From NCBI RefSeq assembly GCF_006345805.1, contig NC_043014.1:8928001-8992000 (forward strand): a stretch of 64,000 bases of DNA. The letters are read 5' to 3'. The notes under the pieces are model-generated. The model was not told the DNA's origin. It saw only the letters and a program-made list of their open reading frames with translations, and searched no databases. Both the position numbers and the translations under genes were made by a program. This document shows, in pieces, positions 25,840 through 38,184 of the stretch. The stretch's first letter is position 1, and each line of letters opens with the position of its first letter. This DNA is from Octopus sinensis (Eukaryota).

Positions 25840-27278
25840 CATCATCATCATCATCATCGTTTAACGTCCGCTTTCCATGCTAGCATGGGTTGGACGGTTC
25901 AACTGGGGTCTGGCAAGCCCGAAGGCTGCACCAGGCCAGTCAGATCTGGCAGTGTTTCTACAGCTGGATGCCCTTCCTAACGCCAACCACTCCGAGAGTG
26001 TAGTGGGTGATTTTATGTGCCACCGACACAGGTGTCAGACGAGGCTGGCAGACGGCCACGCTCGGATGGTGTCTTTTATGTGCCACCGACAGAGGTGCCA
26101 GACGAGGCTGGCTGACGGCCACGCTCGGATGGTGTTTTCTTATGTGTCACCGACACAGGTGCCAGACGGGGCTGGTGGACGGCCACGCTCGGATGGTGTT
26201 TGTTACGTGCCCTCAGCACGGAGGCCAGTCGTTGCGGTACTGGCTACGATCACGTTCGGATGGTTTTCTTATGTGCCACCGGCACTGGTACCACAAGGAT
26301 ACAAATTCCATTGATGTTCATCTATTTTGATTTGGTTCGATTTGATTTGATTTGATTCGATTCGATTTTCACTTGCCTCAACAGGTCTTCACAAGTGTCA
26401 CAAGAAGGAAGGTATGCACAGGTGGACTGACTACGTCCCAGGTAGGGGCCACGGATTATGGCTTCACTAGTCTTGCCGGGTCTTCTCACGCACAGCATAC
26501 TTCCATAGGTCTCGGTCTCTAGTCATTTCCATGGTGAGACCTAACGTCCGAAGGTCGTGCTTCACCACTTCGTCCCAGGTTTTCCTGGGTCTACCTCTTC
26601 CACGGGTTCCCTCAACTGCTAGGGATTGGCACTTTCTCACACACCTATCTTCATCCATTCTCGCCACATGACCATACCAGCGCAATCGTCTCTCTTGCAC
26701 ACAACAACTTATGCTTCTTAGGTACAACATTTCTCTCAAGGTACTAACACTCTGTCGAGTAAGTACACTGACATTACACATCCATCGGAGCATACTGGCT
26801 TCGTTCCTCACAAGCTTACGCATGTCCTCAGCAGTCACGGCCCATGTTTCACTGCCATGTAGCATAGCTGTTCGTACACATGCATCATACAGTCTGCCTT
26901 TTACTCTGAGCGAGAGGCCTTTAGTCACCAGCAGAGGTAAGAGCTCCCTAAACTTTGCCCAGGCTATTCTTATTCTAGCAGTTACACTTTCAGCGCACCC
27001 GCCCCCACTACTGACTTGGTCACCTAGATAGCGGAAGCTATCAACTACTTCTAGTTTTTCCCCCCGGAAAGTGACGGAAGTTGTTTTCTGCAGATTTTCG
27101 GAGGTCAATGCTCCAGAGCATCTGCCACATACAAAAACTATCTTCCCAGTTAGCCTACCTTTGACATTGCTGCACCTCTTATGTGTCCATAGCTTACACT
27201 GGGTACATCTTATAGAGTTTCTACCTACACCTTTTCTACAGATCGAGCAGGGCCTCTTCCTGAGGATATTTGTGGATT

Positions 27279-27280
<2 letters not shown>
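25840..27280 (-). mobile_element. 5'-truncated RTE-clade LINE: ORF C-terminus (open to the stop at 26467), 3' UTR with tandem units and (GATTT)n, (GAT)n tail
   Basis: GEKLEVVDSFRYLGDQV..RIRIAWAKFRELLPLL..KGRLYDACVRTAMLHGSETWA..RRLRWYGHVARM..EGTRGRGRPRKTW..DRDLW is the RTE RT end and C-terminal signature. It joins (TA)n at both ends. Confidence 0.95.
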
Positions 27281-27336
<56 letters not shown>

Positions 27337-27792
27337 AATATAAATATAGATAAATATACAGATATACACTTACGTAAATATGCTTATATATGTATGTGTA
27401 TCTGTGTTAATTTAAATGTAATATTAATTGATATTAATTGCTTTATGGTCGACTTATAGTGTAATTGTTCATATGTGTTGTGTAATTACAATTTATTTGA
27501 TCTGGCATTAATCAAATGGAATGAAATGTCCCCCCCCACACACACAAACGTCTATATATCATAGGTTTATTTCTACAACACTAGTAACCCATCAATTATA
27601 ATTATCAACCCAGCCATCTGTCTAGCTTCCGACTTACTATATCTACTCATTTGTCTATCTTACGTTAATATATCTGTTTACAAACAATTTCCTGTCACTC
27701 TTAACTAGGCATATTTAAAACAACATTTAATTTACTATATGATCTCATATACAACGAATGTTTTACCTTATCTGTAATAACATATATAATTA

Positions 27793-28291
27793 CTATCAGT
27801 ATCACCCGGCGTTGCTCGGGTTTGTAAGGGAAATAACTATATAAGTATTTTTAGAGAGTTATAGCCAAAAAGTAGCAAAAAAATGCATTAAAAATGGGAA
27901 AAAAATGATGGTAAATTTTTTTTTAAATCGTTGACTCATCGTAGACATTTTTAGAGAGTTAATTCCCTTATATAATAGCGAAAAAATGCATTAGAATGGA
28001 AAAAAAATGATGGTAAATTTTTTTTTAAATCGTTGACTCATCGTAGATATTTTTAGAGAGTTACTTCCCTTATATAATAGCGAAAAAATGCATTAAAATG
28101 GAAAAAATTATGGTAAATTTTTTTTTAAATCGTAGACACATCGTAGACGCGCACTAATACCCAGAAGGGCTCGATATGAATCACGACTATAAGATACCCG
28201 GTTTTGGTTAAACTGCACCGCAAAATGTGGGAGTAGTTAGGAATCTAAATCGTAGGAGACAGACACACAACTTGACTTTTATATATAAAGA
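27793..28291 (-). mobile_element. Non-autonomous Helitron with internal ~90-bp tandem repeats
   Basis: 5' A|TCTTTATATATAAAAG; 3' cccgagcaacgccgggtgatactgatag (mutated CTAG); about 3 copies of an atttttagagagtt..catcgtaga unit. Confidence 0.8.
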
Positions 28292-28485
28292 TATCCACTG
28301 TATTATTATGCTACAAAACACGGTCATAATCTGACAAAATCAGATTTTTCTACTAATATTTTTTCTACTCTATTTCTTGTGCAGTTCGTATTTCTCAGCA
28401 TGTTTTACAAAGACTGTTGTATGGTATATCTATAGGTAACCTATTTGAGTGTCAGGTCAGAAAGTTATTATTACTAAATAGTAAA

Positions 28486-29480
28486 TAGGTGCAGGAGTGG
28501 CTGTGTGGTAAGTAGCTTGCTAACCAACCACATGGTTCCGGGTTAAGTACCACTGCATGGCATCTTGGGCAAGTGTCTTCTGCTATAGCCCCGGGCCGAC
28601 CAATGCCTTGTGAGTGGATTTGGTAGACGGAAACTGAAAGAAGCCTGTCGTATATATATGTATATATGTATGTGTGTGTGTTTGTGTGTCTGTGTTTGTC
28701 CCCCTAGCATTGCTTGACAACCGATGCTGGTGTGTTTACGTCCCCGTCACTTAGCGGTTCAGCAAAAGAGAGCGATAGAATAAGTACTGGGCTTACAAAG
28801 AATAAGTCCCGGGGTCGATTTGCTTGACTAAAAAAGGCAGTGCTCCAGCATGGCCGCAGTCAAATGACTGAAACAAGTAAAAGAGTAAAGAGAGTATAAA
28901 CCTTCTCGTGGTTTTGTCTCAGGTGAATTTTGAGCGACCAGAGCTATGAAAAAGAAGGCGTTCCAGTTATGACTGTCCTGCTTTTATTTTAAGCAGAAAC
29001 AGTGTATCTACCTGTCTGTTTGTCCATCTGCTGATCCAGCCTTCCAACTATCTATTCATCTATCTATCTATCTATCTGTCTGTCTGTCTGTCTGTATACT
29101 CTTTTACTTGTTTCAGTCATTTGACTGCGGCCATGCTGGAGCACCGCCTTTAGTCGAGCAAATCGACCCCGGGACTTATTCTTTGTAAGCCCAGTACTTA
29201 TTCTATCGGTCTCTTTTGCCGGACCGCTAAGTGACGGGGACATAAACACACCAGCATTGGTTGTCAAGCAATGTTAGGAGGACAAACACACACGCATATA
29301 TATATACATATATACGACAGGCTTCTTTCAGTTTCCGTCTACCACATCCACTCACAAGGCATTGGTCGGCCCGGGGCTATAGCAGAAGACACTTGCCCAA
29401 GATGCCACGCAGTGGGACTGAACCCGTAACCATGTGGTTGGTTAGCAAGCTACTTACCACACAGCCACTCCTGCGCCTAT
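28486..29480. mobile_element. Family A SINEs: 28486-28895 (+) and 29097-29480 (-)
   Basis: Matches the family; the copies are inverted relative to each other. Confidence 0.9.
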
Positions 29481-29483
29481 GCA

Positions 29484-29700
29484 TCTATATATATAAAATC
29501 CGTTCTGTCTGTCTCTATGTGTGTCTTCTAGGATCTCGGGCATCCTCCATCCGATTGTGCTCAAATTTGATATGTAGATACCGATGGTATCAGGTCGTGT
29601 ATAAGTCTTGAAAAAATTGCAAAAATCGATTCCAGGTGAGAATGCAATCGATAAAGCCGTGGGAACGTGCATTTGTACGTGCAAATATATCAGCTGTTCC
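29484..29700 (+). mobile_element. Helitron-like 5' fragment
   Basis: A|TCTATATATATAAAATCCG..ctgtctgtc start; no 3' CTAG end recognised. Confidence 0.5.
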
Positions 29701-29858
29701 AAATTTTCTCAAAAGAACTTGTCCGACCGTTCATTAGGCCTCCCCTTTGAGAAACACTGATTTAACCTAAATTTGAGACACCAGCAAAAGAAGAAATAAA
29801 GATAGACTTTTTTTCTATTCCAACTCAGCACTGTCCATTGGACGGGATGCATTTTGCT

Positions 29859-29895
<37 letters not shown>

Positions 29896-30239
29896 TCACA
29901 CACACACACACGATTGTTGTACACAGTTTCCTTCCTTTTGTAAGATTGTAGATATGATTTGTGGAAGATTTGACTGCAGTTTCTAGCTGGCATGGATATA
30001 AGTACAGGCGTGGCTGTGTGGTAGGAAGTTCTCTTCCCAACCATATGGGTCCAGGTTCAGTCCCACAGCGTGGCACCCTGTGCAATTCATCTCTAGCTCC
30101 AGTCAGACCAAAGACCTGTCAGTGGATTTGGTAGATGGAAACTGAAAGAAGCCTCTTGTGTGTGCGTGCATATAGCCTGTGCTTTTAACCACTACGCCAT
30201 ATGCCCATGTTGCATCCTGTATCACACTGAATCTCTCAT

Positions 30240-30416
30240 GGGCATATGACGTAGTGGTTAAGAGCGTGGGCTGCTAACCCCAAGATTCCGAGTTCGATTC
30301 CATACAGTGACCTGAATAATAATAATAATAGTAGTAGTAGTAATAATAATAATAATAATAATAATAATATCGAAAAATACCTTAGGAATGAGAACCCAGG
30401 TTCAAAATTTCCCCAA
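30240..30416 (+). mobile_element. tRNA-headed SINE family H (head, (AAT)n, tail), truncated just before the hammerhead
   Basis: A box tgacgtagtgg, B box gagttcgattcc, (AAT)n, then atcgaaaaataccttaggaatgagaacccaggttcaaaatttccccaa, nearly identical to 53131-53178. Confidence 0.85.
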
Positions 30417-31028
30417 TTTGGTAAATTTCTTAATGTTTTGCATTCTTTGTATGACCTTGTTTTGGGCATGGTTTTGCACTTGTTGCTTCTAATGGCAGCC
30501 TTAATTCACAAATAAGGAATCCACCAGTGTGATGTTGAGCACTCATTCCAACATTCTATTTTTACGTATGTACGTGTATATATATATAATATATATATAT
30601 TGGAAGGTTTGGAGATGATGTACAGGTATTATATATTAGAAGAAATGAGGTACTCAGAAGATCGGATGGTTTATATTTACAGATATTTATTTGTATATTA
30701 CGTTTTTTATATATATATCATATCACTTAGATCATGTATTAGCGCTTTCTCCCATTCTAGTGGGGTTTTCAAATCAAACTAAGTTCCTGTGTGAGGAGTT
30801 TTGACCATTTTATAGAGTTTTGTAGTGGTGGGGAGGAATATAAGACAGTACAAGAGGGTGATGGATGAGGAGAAAGTGAGAGAGAGAACATGTGTGTATG
30901 TGTATGTGTGTGTTTTTGTATCTGGGATGAGTGCTAAAGAAAAAGAGGGGAAGGGAGAGGGAAGAAGAAGAAAAGAATTTTTTTGGTCTGCTGGACCAAA
31001 TATATATATGTATATATATATATGTATA

Positions 31029-31401
31029 CTAGCAGTATCGCCCGGCGTTGCTCAGGTGTAAGGGAAATAACTATAAAGCATTTTTAGAGAGTTATAGCCA
31101 AAAAATAGCCAAAAAATGGAAAAAAAATGATGTAAATTTTTTTTTGAGAGTAATAAAAGGTTGAGTTGCGTCCCTAGACAGTCTGTGGTTTGTTTGTTTT
31201 ATTCTCGACCCCATGTCGAATTTATCGATTTTTTCAGAACTGGGGGAACTTTTCAAAAATTTCGCTGCGTTAGTTTTGAATTATGACATTGGGCTATGTG
31301 TGTGTCAAGTTTCATCAGATCGGTTGAAAGCTGTGGTCGGGTGAGGGTACGAGAAAACAGACACACAGAAACACGCACAGAAAACTGCCGTTTTATAGAG
31401 A
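31029..31401 (-). mobile_element. Non-autonomous Helitron
   Basis: 5' A|TCTCTATAAAACGGCAG and 3' ..caacgccgggcgatactgCTAG|T. Confidence 0.8.
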
Positions 31402-31950
31402 TATATATATATATATATATATATATGAAGTCTAAGGAAAGGAAAAAAAATTGTAGGTGTAGACGGTCTTTAATTCATAATCCAAGTTGGTACGGAACCA
31501 ATATACATTCTACTAATTGTTTTGGAGTCTAATCAATTCCAATGACAAAAACAAAAAAAAAACCTCTTCATGAAATAAAAATTCGATTCTTCGTCAGGAA
31601 TTAATATTGGTATGAATAATTACGACCAACAAAAATATACAAAGACCTTTCGTAGCGCAGGCAGGAACAAACAAATAATGATAGAATGAACGATAACTAG
31701 AATGCCAAATAATTCAAAACCAGAAAAAAATATATATATATATATAAAAAAACTGCTCCAGCATTTTATTAATATTAGAATTCACAATATGTAAATATAT
31801 AGAAAAGACATAAATTTAATGAAATAAAAAAAATGAACTACAAGAATAATAGGATTATTTAAATCAAAAATTAAAAATCAATAACTACAAACCGATGTAT
31901 TGTCCCTAAAAAGTAATAAATGCCATAATTCTTTTTATATATATTATATA

Positions 31951-31995
<45 letters not shown>

Positions 31996-31996
<1 letters not shown>

Positions 31997-32214
31997 CTCT
32001 TTTACTCTTTTACTTGTTTCAGTCACTTGACTGCGGCCATGCTGGAGCACCGCCTTTAGTCGAGCAACTCGACCACGGGACTTATTCTTTTTGTAAGCCA
32101 GTACTTACTCTATCGGTCTCCTTTTGCCGAACCGCTAAGTGACGGGGACATAAACACACCAGCATCGGTTGTCAAGCAATGCTAGGGGGACAAACACAGA
32201 CACAAATACACTCA

Positions 32215-32271
<57 letters not shown>

Positions 32272-32735
32272 TACGACAGGCTTCTTTCAGTTCCATCTAC
32301 CAAATCCACTCACAAGCATTGGTCGGCCCAGGGCTACAGCAGAAGACACTTGCCCAAGATGCCATGCAGTGGGACTGAACCCGGAACCATGTACTGGGTA
32401 AGCAAGCTACTTACCACACAGCCACTCGTGGATGCGCAATGGCCTAGTGGTTAGGGCAGCGGACTCGCGGTCGTAAGATCGCGGTTTCGATTCCCAGATC
32501 GGGCGTTGTGAGTGTTTATTGAGCGAAAACACCTACAGCTCCACAAGGCTCCAGCAGGGGGTGGTGTCGACCCCTGTTGTACTTTTTTGCCACAACTTTC
32601 TCTCACTCTTTTTTCTGTTGGCCTGCTCGCTTAGCCAGCGGGGTGGCATCATTTGAAGGCTAAAACAATGTGAAGCGCATTGTGACCAGCGATGTGTAGC
32701 AACATCTGATAGCCTGGTCGGTCACGTGATCTCAT
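31996..32735. mobile_element. Family A SINE (31996-32425, -) abutting a family B SINE (32428-32735, +) head to head
   Basis: Matches both families. Confidence 0.85.
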
Positions 32736-32755
32736 GATATATATATATAATATAT

Positions 32756-32798
<43 letters not shown>

Positions 32799-33689
32799 TA
32801 TATATAAAAAAATACAAAATGGGACAAGAATGCAAAACATCCAGAAGACGATACAAAAAGCACAGATGGGTCATTTGAAGCCTTTAATCTTCAGTCAAGA
32901 ACCGGATCATCCTTGCAATTTTGGTTGATTCTGTGTGTATGTTACTGTCTCATGCAAGCAGTATTCTTCATTTCCAATTCTCTTTGAAAATATGTCACCT
33001 GACTGTCCCCTGATATGAAAATATGTCAAAGTGTAGTACAATAATTTTGCTACAGAATGGTGAAACTATTTTTGATTTTCTGAAAACGCAACGTTTTGGA
33101 TTTGTGACACTTTTGCATAATAGCAACAATATATATGTGTGTGTGTGTATATATTTATATGTATGTATTTATATACATACATATATGTATGCATATACAT
33201 ATATATGTATGGGTGTGTGTGTATATAAAACCCAGAACCATGTGGTTGGCAAGCAAATTTCTCACCTATGTACAACTTCAACTGGTATGTCATAAGTAAG
33301 TAAGAATATGCTTCATTATGAACCCTTCTGTTATTCCATCTTATTACAGAAAGGGTTGTTTGACCAAAAATTAAGGAAAAGTTACCAAATGAAATTAAGG
33401 GGACATTTTTCAGAACTGATGTATTCCATCAACATTGCTTTGTAACCCCATCATTTTAACAGCCACTTTCCCATGCTGTCATGGGTTGGACCGACTTTGT
33501 TGAGGTAGATATTCTATAGATGGATGCTTTTTCTGTTGCCAACCCTTCAAACGTTTCCAGGGTAGGTGATATTTTCCGCTTGGCTGCACATATTTTGTTG
33601 TGTTTTTTGTTTTTTTCACAGTAGATTGGAAATGAAAGACATAGCTTGTATGATGGTATTACATACCAGCAAGGTGGTATAGGCGTCAA

Positions 33690-33920
33690 TCTGGCAGAAT
33701 CGTTAGCACGCCGGGTGAAATGCTTAGCTGTATTTCGTCTGCCGTTACGTTCTGAGTTCAAATTCTGCCGAGGTCGACTTTGCCTTTCATCCTTTCGAGG
33801 TCGTTTAAATAAGTACCAGTTATGCACTGGGGTCAATGTAATCAACTTAATCCGTTTGTCCGTCCTTGTTTGTCCTCTCTGTGTTTAGCCCCTTGTGGGT
33901 AGTGAGAGAAATAGGTAATA
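33690..33920 (+). mobile_element. SINE family D, monomer
   Basis: ctggcagaatcgttagcacgccgggtgaaatgcttagc..gagttcaaattc..gaggtcgactttgcc..gtgggtagtgagagaaataggta. Confidence 0.85.
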
Positions 33921-34877
33921 CATACCAGCATAGAAAAACAAGCATAAAACAGTGGTGGTGGCGATGGTGGTGGAGGTGGTGGTGGTGATGGTTGTGGTGG
34001 TGGTGATGATGATGGTTGTGGTGGTGATGTTTGTGGTGGTGGTGATGGTGGTGGCAATGGTGGTGGCGATGGTAGTGGAGGTGGTTGTCGTGATGGTAGT
34101 GGTTGTGGTGGTGGTGGTGGTGGTGATAGTGGTAGTTGCTCCAATTCTGAAGGCAACGGTGATAATGATGTGATCAGGACTTCAAAATAAGTTTTCTTTT
34201 TATATTTTATTACTTTTTTTAAAAATATAGACAGCACAAGGCCACAGATTTTTTTTTTTTTTTAAGTGCAGTGGGGGTGGGAGAATTAGTTGACTATATT
34301 GTCACCCCCACCACACACACACACACACCTCTGCACCCAGTGCTTGACATGCTTTCTATTTTATCCCCCCACCCGCACCCCATCAAAGAATGCAAGACAA
34401 ATGCAGTGGTAGTGGTGGTATTCGTAGTGGTGGTCGTGGTGGGTTTCGTGTGAATAGGCCGACAAAACAAGATCTGAAATGTCAATAAAAATCACAACAT
34501 GAAACCGAGAGGCTTTCACAAATGACTGATTTGCAAAAAAAAAAAAACCTTCACACACCACCGTTTAGCTCCATTACAAAATGCAGTTACTTGGTTTCCA
34601 TTTTAAATATTTACTCGTTAGGCATTTCAATTATCTGCCTTTTTAAAGATATATCGTGAGTTGGACACCGTGTGCACATACGATGTGTGTGTGTGTGTGT
34701 TTGTTGGATTGATTGTGTGGTTAAGGAGCTTGTTTCCGAACTATGAGGCCTTGGGTTCAATCCCATCACATGGCACTTTGGTCAAGTGTCTCCTGCTATG
34801 GCCCTGAGCCTGACCAAAGCTTTGTGAGTGGCTTTGTTATCAGGGAAACTGAAAGAAGACAATCACAGGTGTGTGTG

Positions 34878-34937
<60 letters not shown>

Positions 34938-35075
34938 GTGTGTGTGTGTGTTCTGTATATATGTATAAATGTGTGTATATATATATGTGTGTGTGTGTGT
35001 TCTGTATATATGTATAAATGTGTGTATATATATATGTGTGTGTGTGTGTTCTGTATATATGTATAAATGTGTGTG

Positions 35076-35099
<24 letters not shown>

Positions 35100-35108
<9 letters not shown>

Positions 35109-35298
35109 ATAAATGTGTAAAAAACACCCACTACACTCGCGGAGTGGTTGGCGTTAGGAAGGGCATCCAGCCGTAGAAACACTGCCAGATCTGACTGGGC
35201 CTGACGAAGCCTTCCAGCTTCACAGACCCCAGTTGACCCGTCCAACCCATGCTAGCATGGAAAGCGGACGCTAAATGATGATGATGATGATGATGATG
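35100..35298 (+). mobile_element. Solo RTE 3' tail
   Basis: Ends catgctagcatggaaagcggacgctaaat(gat)n. Confidence 0.85.
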
Positions 35299-35659
35299 AT
35301 ATATATATATATATATATAAAATTAGAGATAAAACCACTATTAGGCAAATCTAATTTTTCCCTGTAAGTTTGGATTTACTCCCTAATATTATTATTATAT
35401 ATATGAGTATGTATGTGTGTATGTATATATATGTATGTGTGTGTGTAAATGTGTGTGTGTACCTATGTATATATTTGTGTGTATGTGTGTGGATAGATGA
35501 GTGAAAGGCGGACCATTCTGTGTGAGTTAGGGGCGTACATAAAGGTCATAGCAATTTGTGTGTGTGTATAAGGGTGTACAACTTTGTGTATGTGGGTGTT
35601 TTATGTATGTTTCATGAAATAAATAGAGCGCCATCTTGTTGTATGTCAGTGGTTCTCTA

Positions 35660-36770
35660 TTTGCCACTGTCTGTCTGTATGTCTTTGTATGTCATAAATA
35701 TGTCAGTCTGTCTGTATGTATGTATAGGTATGTCAGCATATCTGTATGTATGTATGGGTATGTCACTGCCTGTATCTATGTATAGGTATGTCACTGTGTA
35801 TGTATTTATGTATGGGTATGTCAGTGGTTCTGTGTGTGTATGTATAGGTATGTCACTGTCTGTATATATGTATGGGTATGTCATAAATATGTCACTGTCT
35901 GTCTTTATGTATGTATAGGTATGTCACTGTATGTATGTATGTATGTATGGGTATGTCAGCATATCTATGTATGTATATGTATGTCACTGTGTATGTATGT
36001 ATTTATGTGGTTCTGTGTGTATGTATAGGTATGTCACTGTCTGTATGTATAGGTATGTCACTGTCTGTATGTATGGGTATGTCAGCATATATGTATGTAT
36101 TATGGGTATGTCACTATCTGTCTATGTATGTATGGGTATGTTACTGTCTGTGTATGTATGTATTTATGTATGGGTATGTCAACATATCTGGATGTATGTA
36201 TGGGTATGTCACTGTCTGTCTGTATGTATGTCACTGTATGTATATATGGATATGTCACTGGCTGTGTATGTATGTATGAGTATGTTACTGGCTCTGTATG
36301 TATGTATGAGTATGTTACTGGCTCTGTATGTATGTATGAGTATGTTACTGGCTGTGTATGTATGTATGGGTATGTTACTGTGTATCTATGTATGTATGTA
36401 TGTATGCATGTATGTATGGGTATGTCAGCATATCTGTATGTATGTATTGGTATGTCACTGTCTGTGTGTGCATGTATGTATGTATTTATGTATGGGTATA
36501 TGTGCATGTATGTATGTATTTATGTATGGGTATATCAGCATATCTGTATGTATGTATGGGTATGTCACTGTCTGTCTGTATGTATGGGTATGTCACTGTC
36601 TGTGTATGTATGTATGGGTATGTCACTCTGTATGTATGTATGGGTATGTCACTGTATGTATGTATGGCTTTGTCAGTGTGTCTCTATGTATGGATATGTC
36701 AGTGTGTCTATATGTATGTATGGGTATGTCTGTGTGTGTGTGTATGTATGTATGGGTATGTATATACTCC
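35660..36770. repeat. Degenerate minisatellite (gtatgtcactgtctgtatgtatgtatgg-like units)
   Basis: Direct inspection. Confidence 0.9.
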
Positions 36771-37049
36771 TACATGTTATGCAACAAAATCAAACATGGT
36801 TCCACATGAAAGGCAGATGGACTGACAGACAGACAGACAGGCATTTGAATAAAAGGGAAACAAAGGGGGACAAACAGACAGACATAGAGAGGTGGGCGTG
36901 GCCGTTCCTAATGTAAGCTTGGGAAATTTACAAAGATATGTTGTTTTTTTTTTAAAAACAGCACTTCAATATCCCTAGCAATAAATATAATTATTTTGAC
37001 CTGCTTTCTTTTTGGTACACTCTTTTACCTCTGACACCTCCTCACGTAC

Positions 37050-38035
37050 AAAACACCCACGCACACACACACATGCATGCACACACATACACTCACTCAC
37101 ACTAATATACATATGCTGACACACATACACTCTTACATATGCTCACAAACACTCACATGCATGGATATACACACACTCACACATACACACACACACACAC
37201 ACTCTCACACACACACACACACACTCACACACACACACACACTCTCACACACACCTATACAGATGTATACACACACACACATATACATATGCACACACAC
37301 ATACACACATACATATGCTTAGACACACACATACACACACACACACATACACACGTACATATGCTTACACACCACACACACACACACACGATCTGACAAA
37401 GAAGTGTTTATAAATTGTCTGCGAAAGCTTTTGTGGGTTTATGGACGTGTGTGTGTGTGTGTGTGTTTGTGTGTTTATAAAGATGTGTGTGTGTGTGTGT
37501 TTACAGAGGTTTATGTGTGTGTGCATGTGTGTATGTCTGTTTATGAAGATGTGTGTGTTTATAGAGTTGTGTGTCTCTGTGTTTCCAGAAGTTGTGTGTG
37601 TGTGTATTTTTACAGAAGTGTGTGTTTTTGTGTGTGTATGTGTGTGTCTAGAGTTACTTTATCAATATTCTCAAGATGCGTGTTACACATTAGTCTGTGT
37701 GGGTGGGTGCCTGTGTGTCTGTCTGTATATGTGCTTTTGTGTGTGTGTGTGTGTGTCTGAGAGTGTGTGTATGTGTATCTGTGTGTGTGTATATGTGTCT
37801 GTGTGTGTATGTGTGCCTGTGTGTGTGTATATGTGTCTGTGTGTATGTGTGTCTGTGTGCGTGTATGTCTGTGTGTGTGTGTGTCTCTGAGAGTGTGTGT
37901 ATGTGTATGTGTGTCTGTGTGTGTATATGTGTCTGTGTGTGTATGTGTGCCTGTGTGTGTGAGAGAGAGTGTGTGTGTGTGTGTCTGTGAGTGTATGTGT
38001 GTCTATGAATGTGTGTGTGTGTGTGTCTGTCTATT
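37050..38035. repeat. (CA)n then (GT)n-rich low-complexity tracts
   Basis: Direct inspection. Confidence 0.9.
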
Positions 38036-38184
38036 TCTCTCAAAGTGCTTTATTTCTTTTTATACAATACAGAAAAAGACAGGTATTTCTGCCATATTCT
38101 CTTATCAATACAGGTAGGTCTGTGACCAGATGTTTGTTTAATAAGATGTGTAAGTATGTGTAAAACATGTGTGAGTATGTACGT

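Noticed and set aside
30246-30315. tRNA gene (Ser-GCT-like loop CTGCTAA)
   Set aside because: No acceptor stem or oligo-T terminator; it continues into a SINE body. The same applies to all other tRNA-like heads.
31565-31600. Minus-strand CTGACGAAG with a weak hairpin
   Set aside because: No GAAA core follows.
35192-35225. CTGACGA-AGC..GCT within an RTE tail
   Set aside because: A point variant of the RTE tail sequence; it lacks GAAA.
35556-36916. Cys/Tyr/Met/Val-rich ORFs up to 292 aa
   Set aside because: Products of a GT-rich minisatellite that lacks stop codons by composition.
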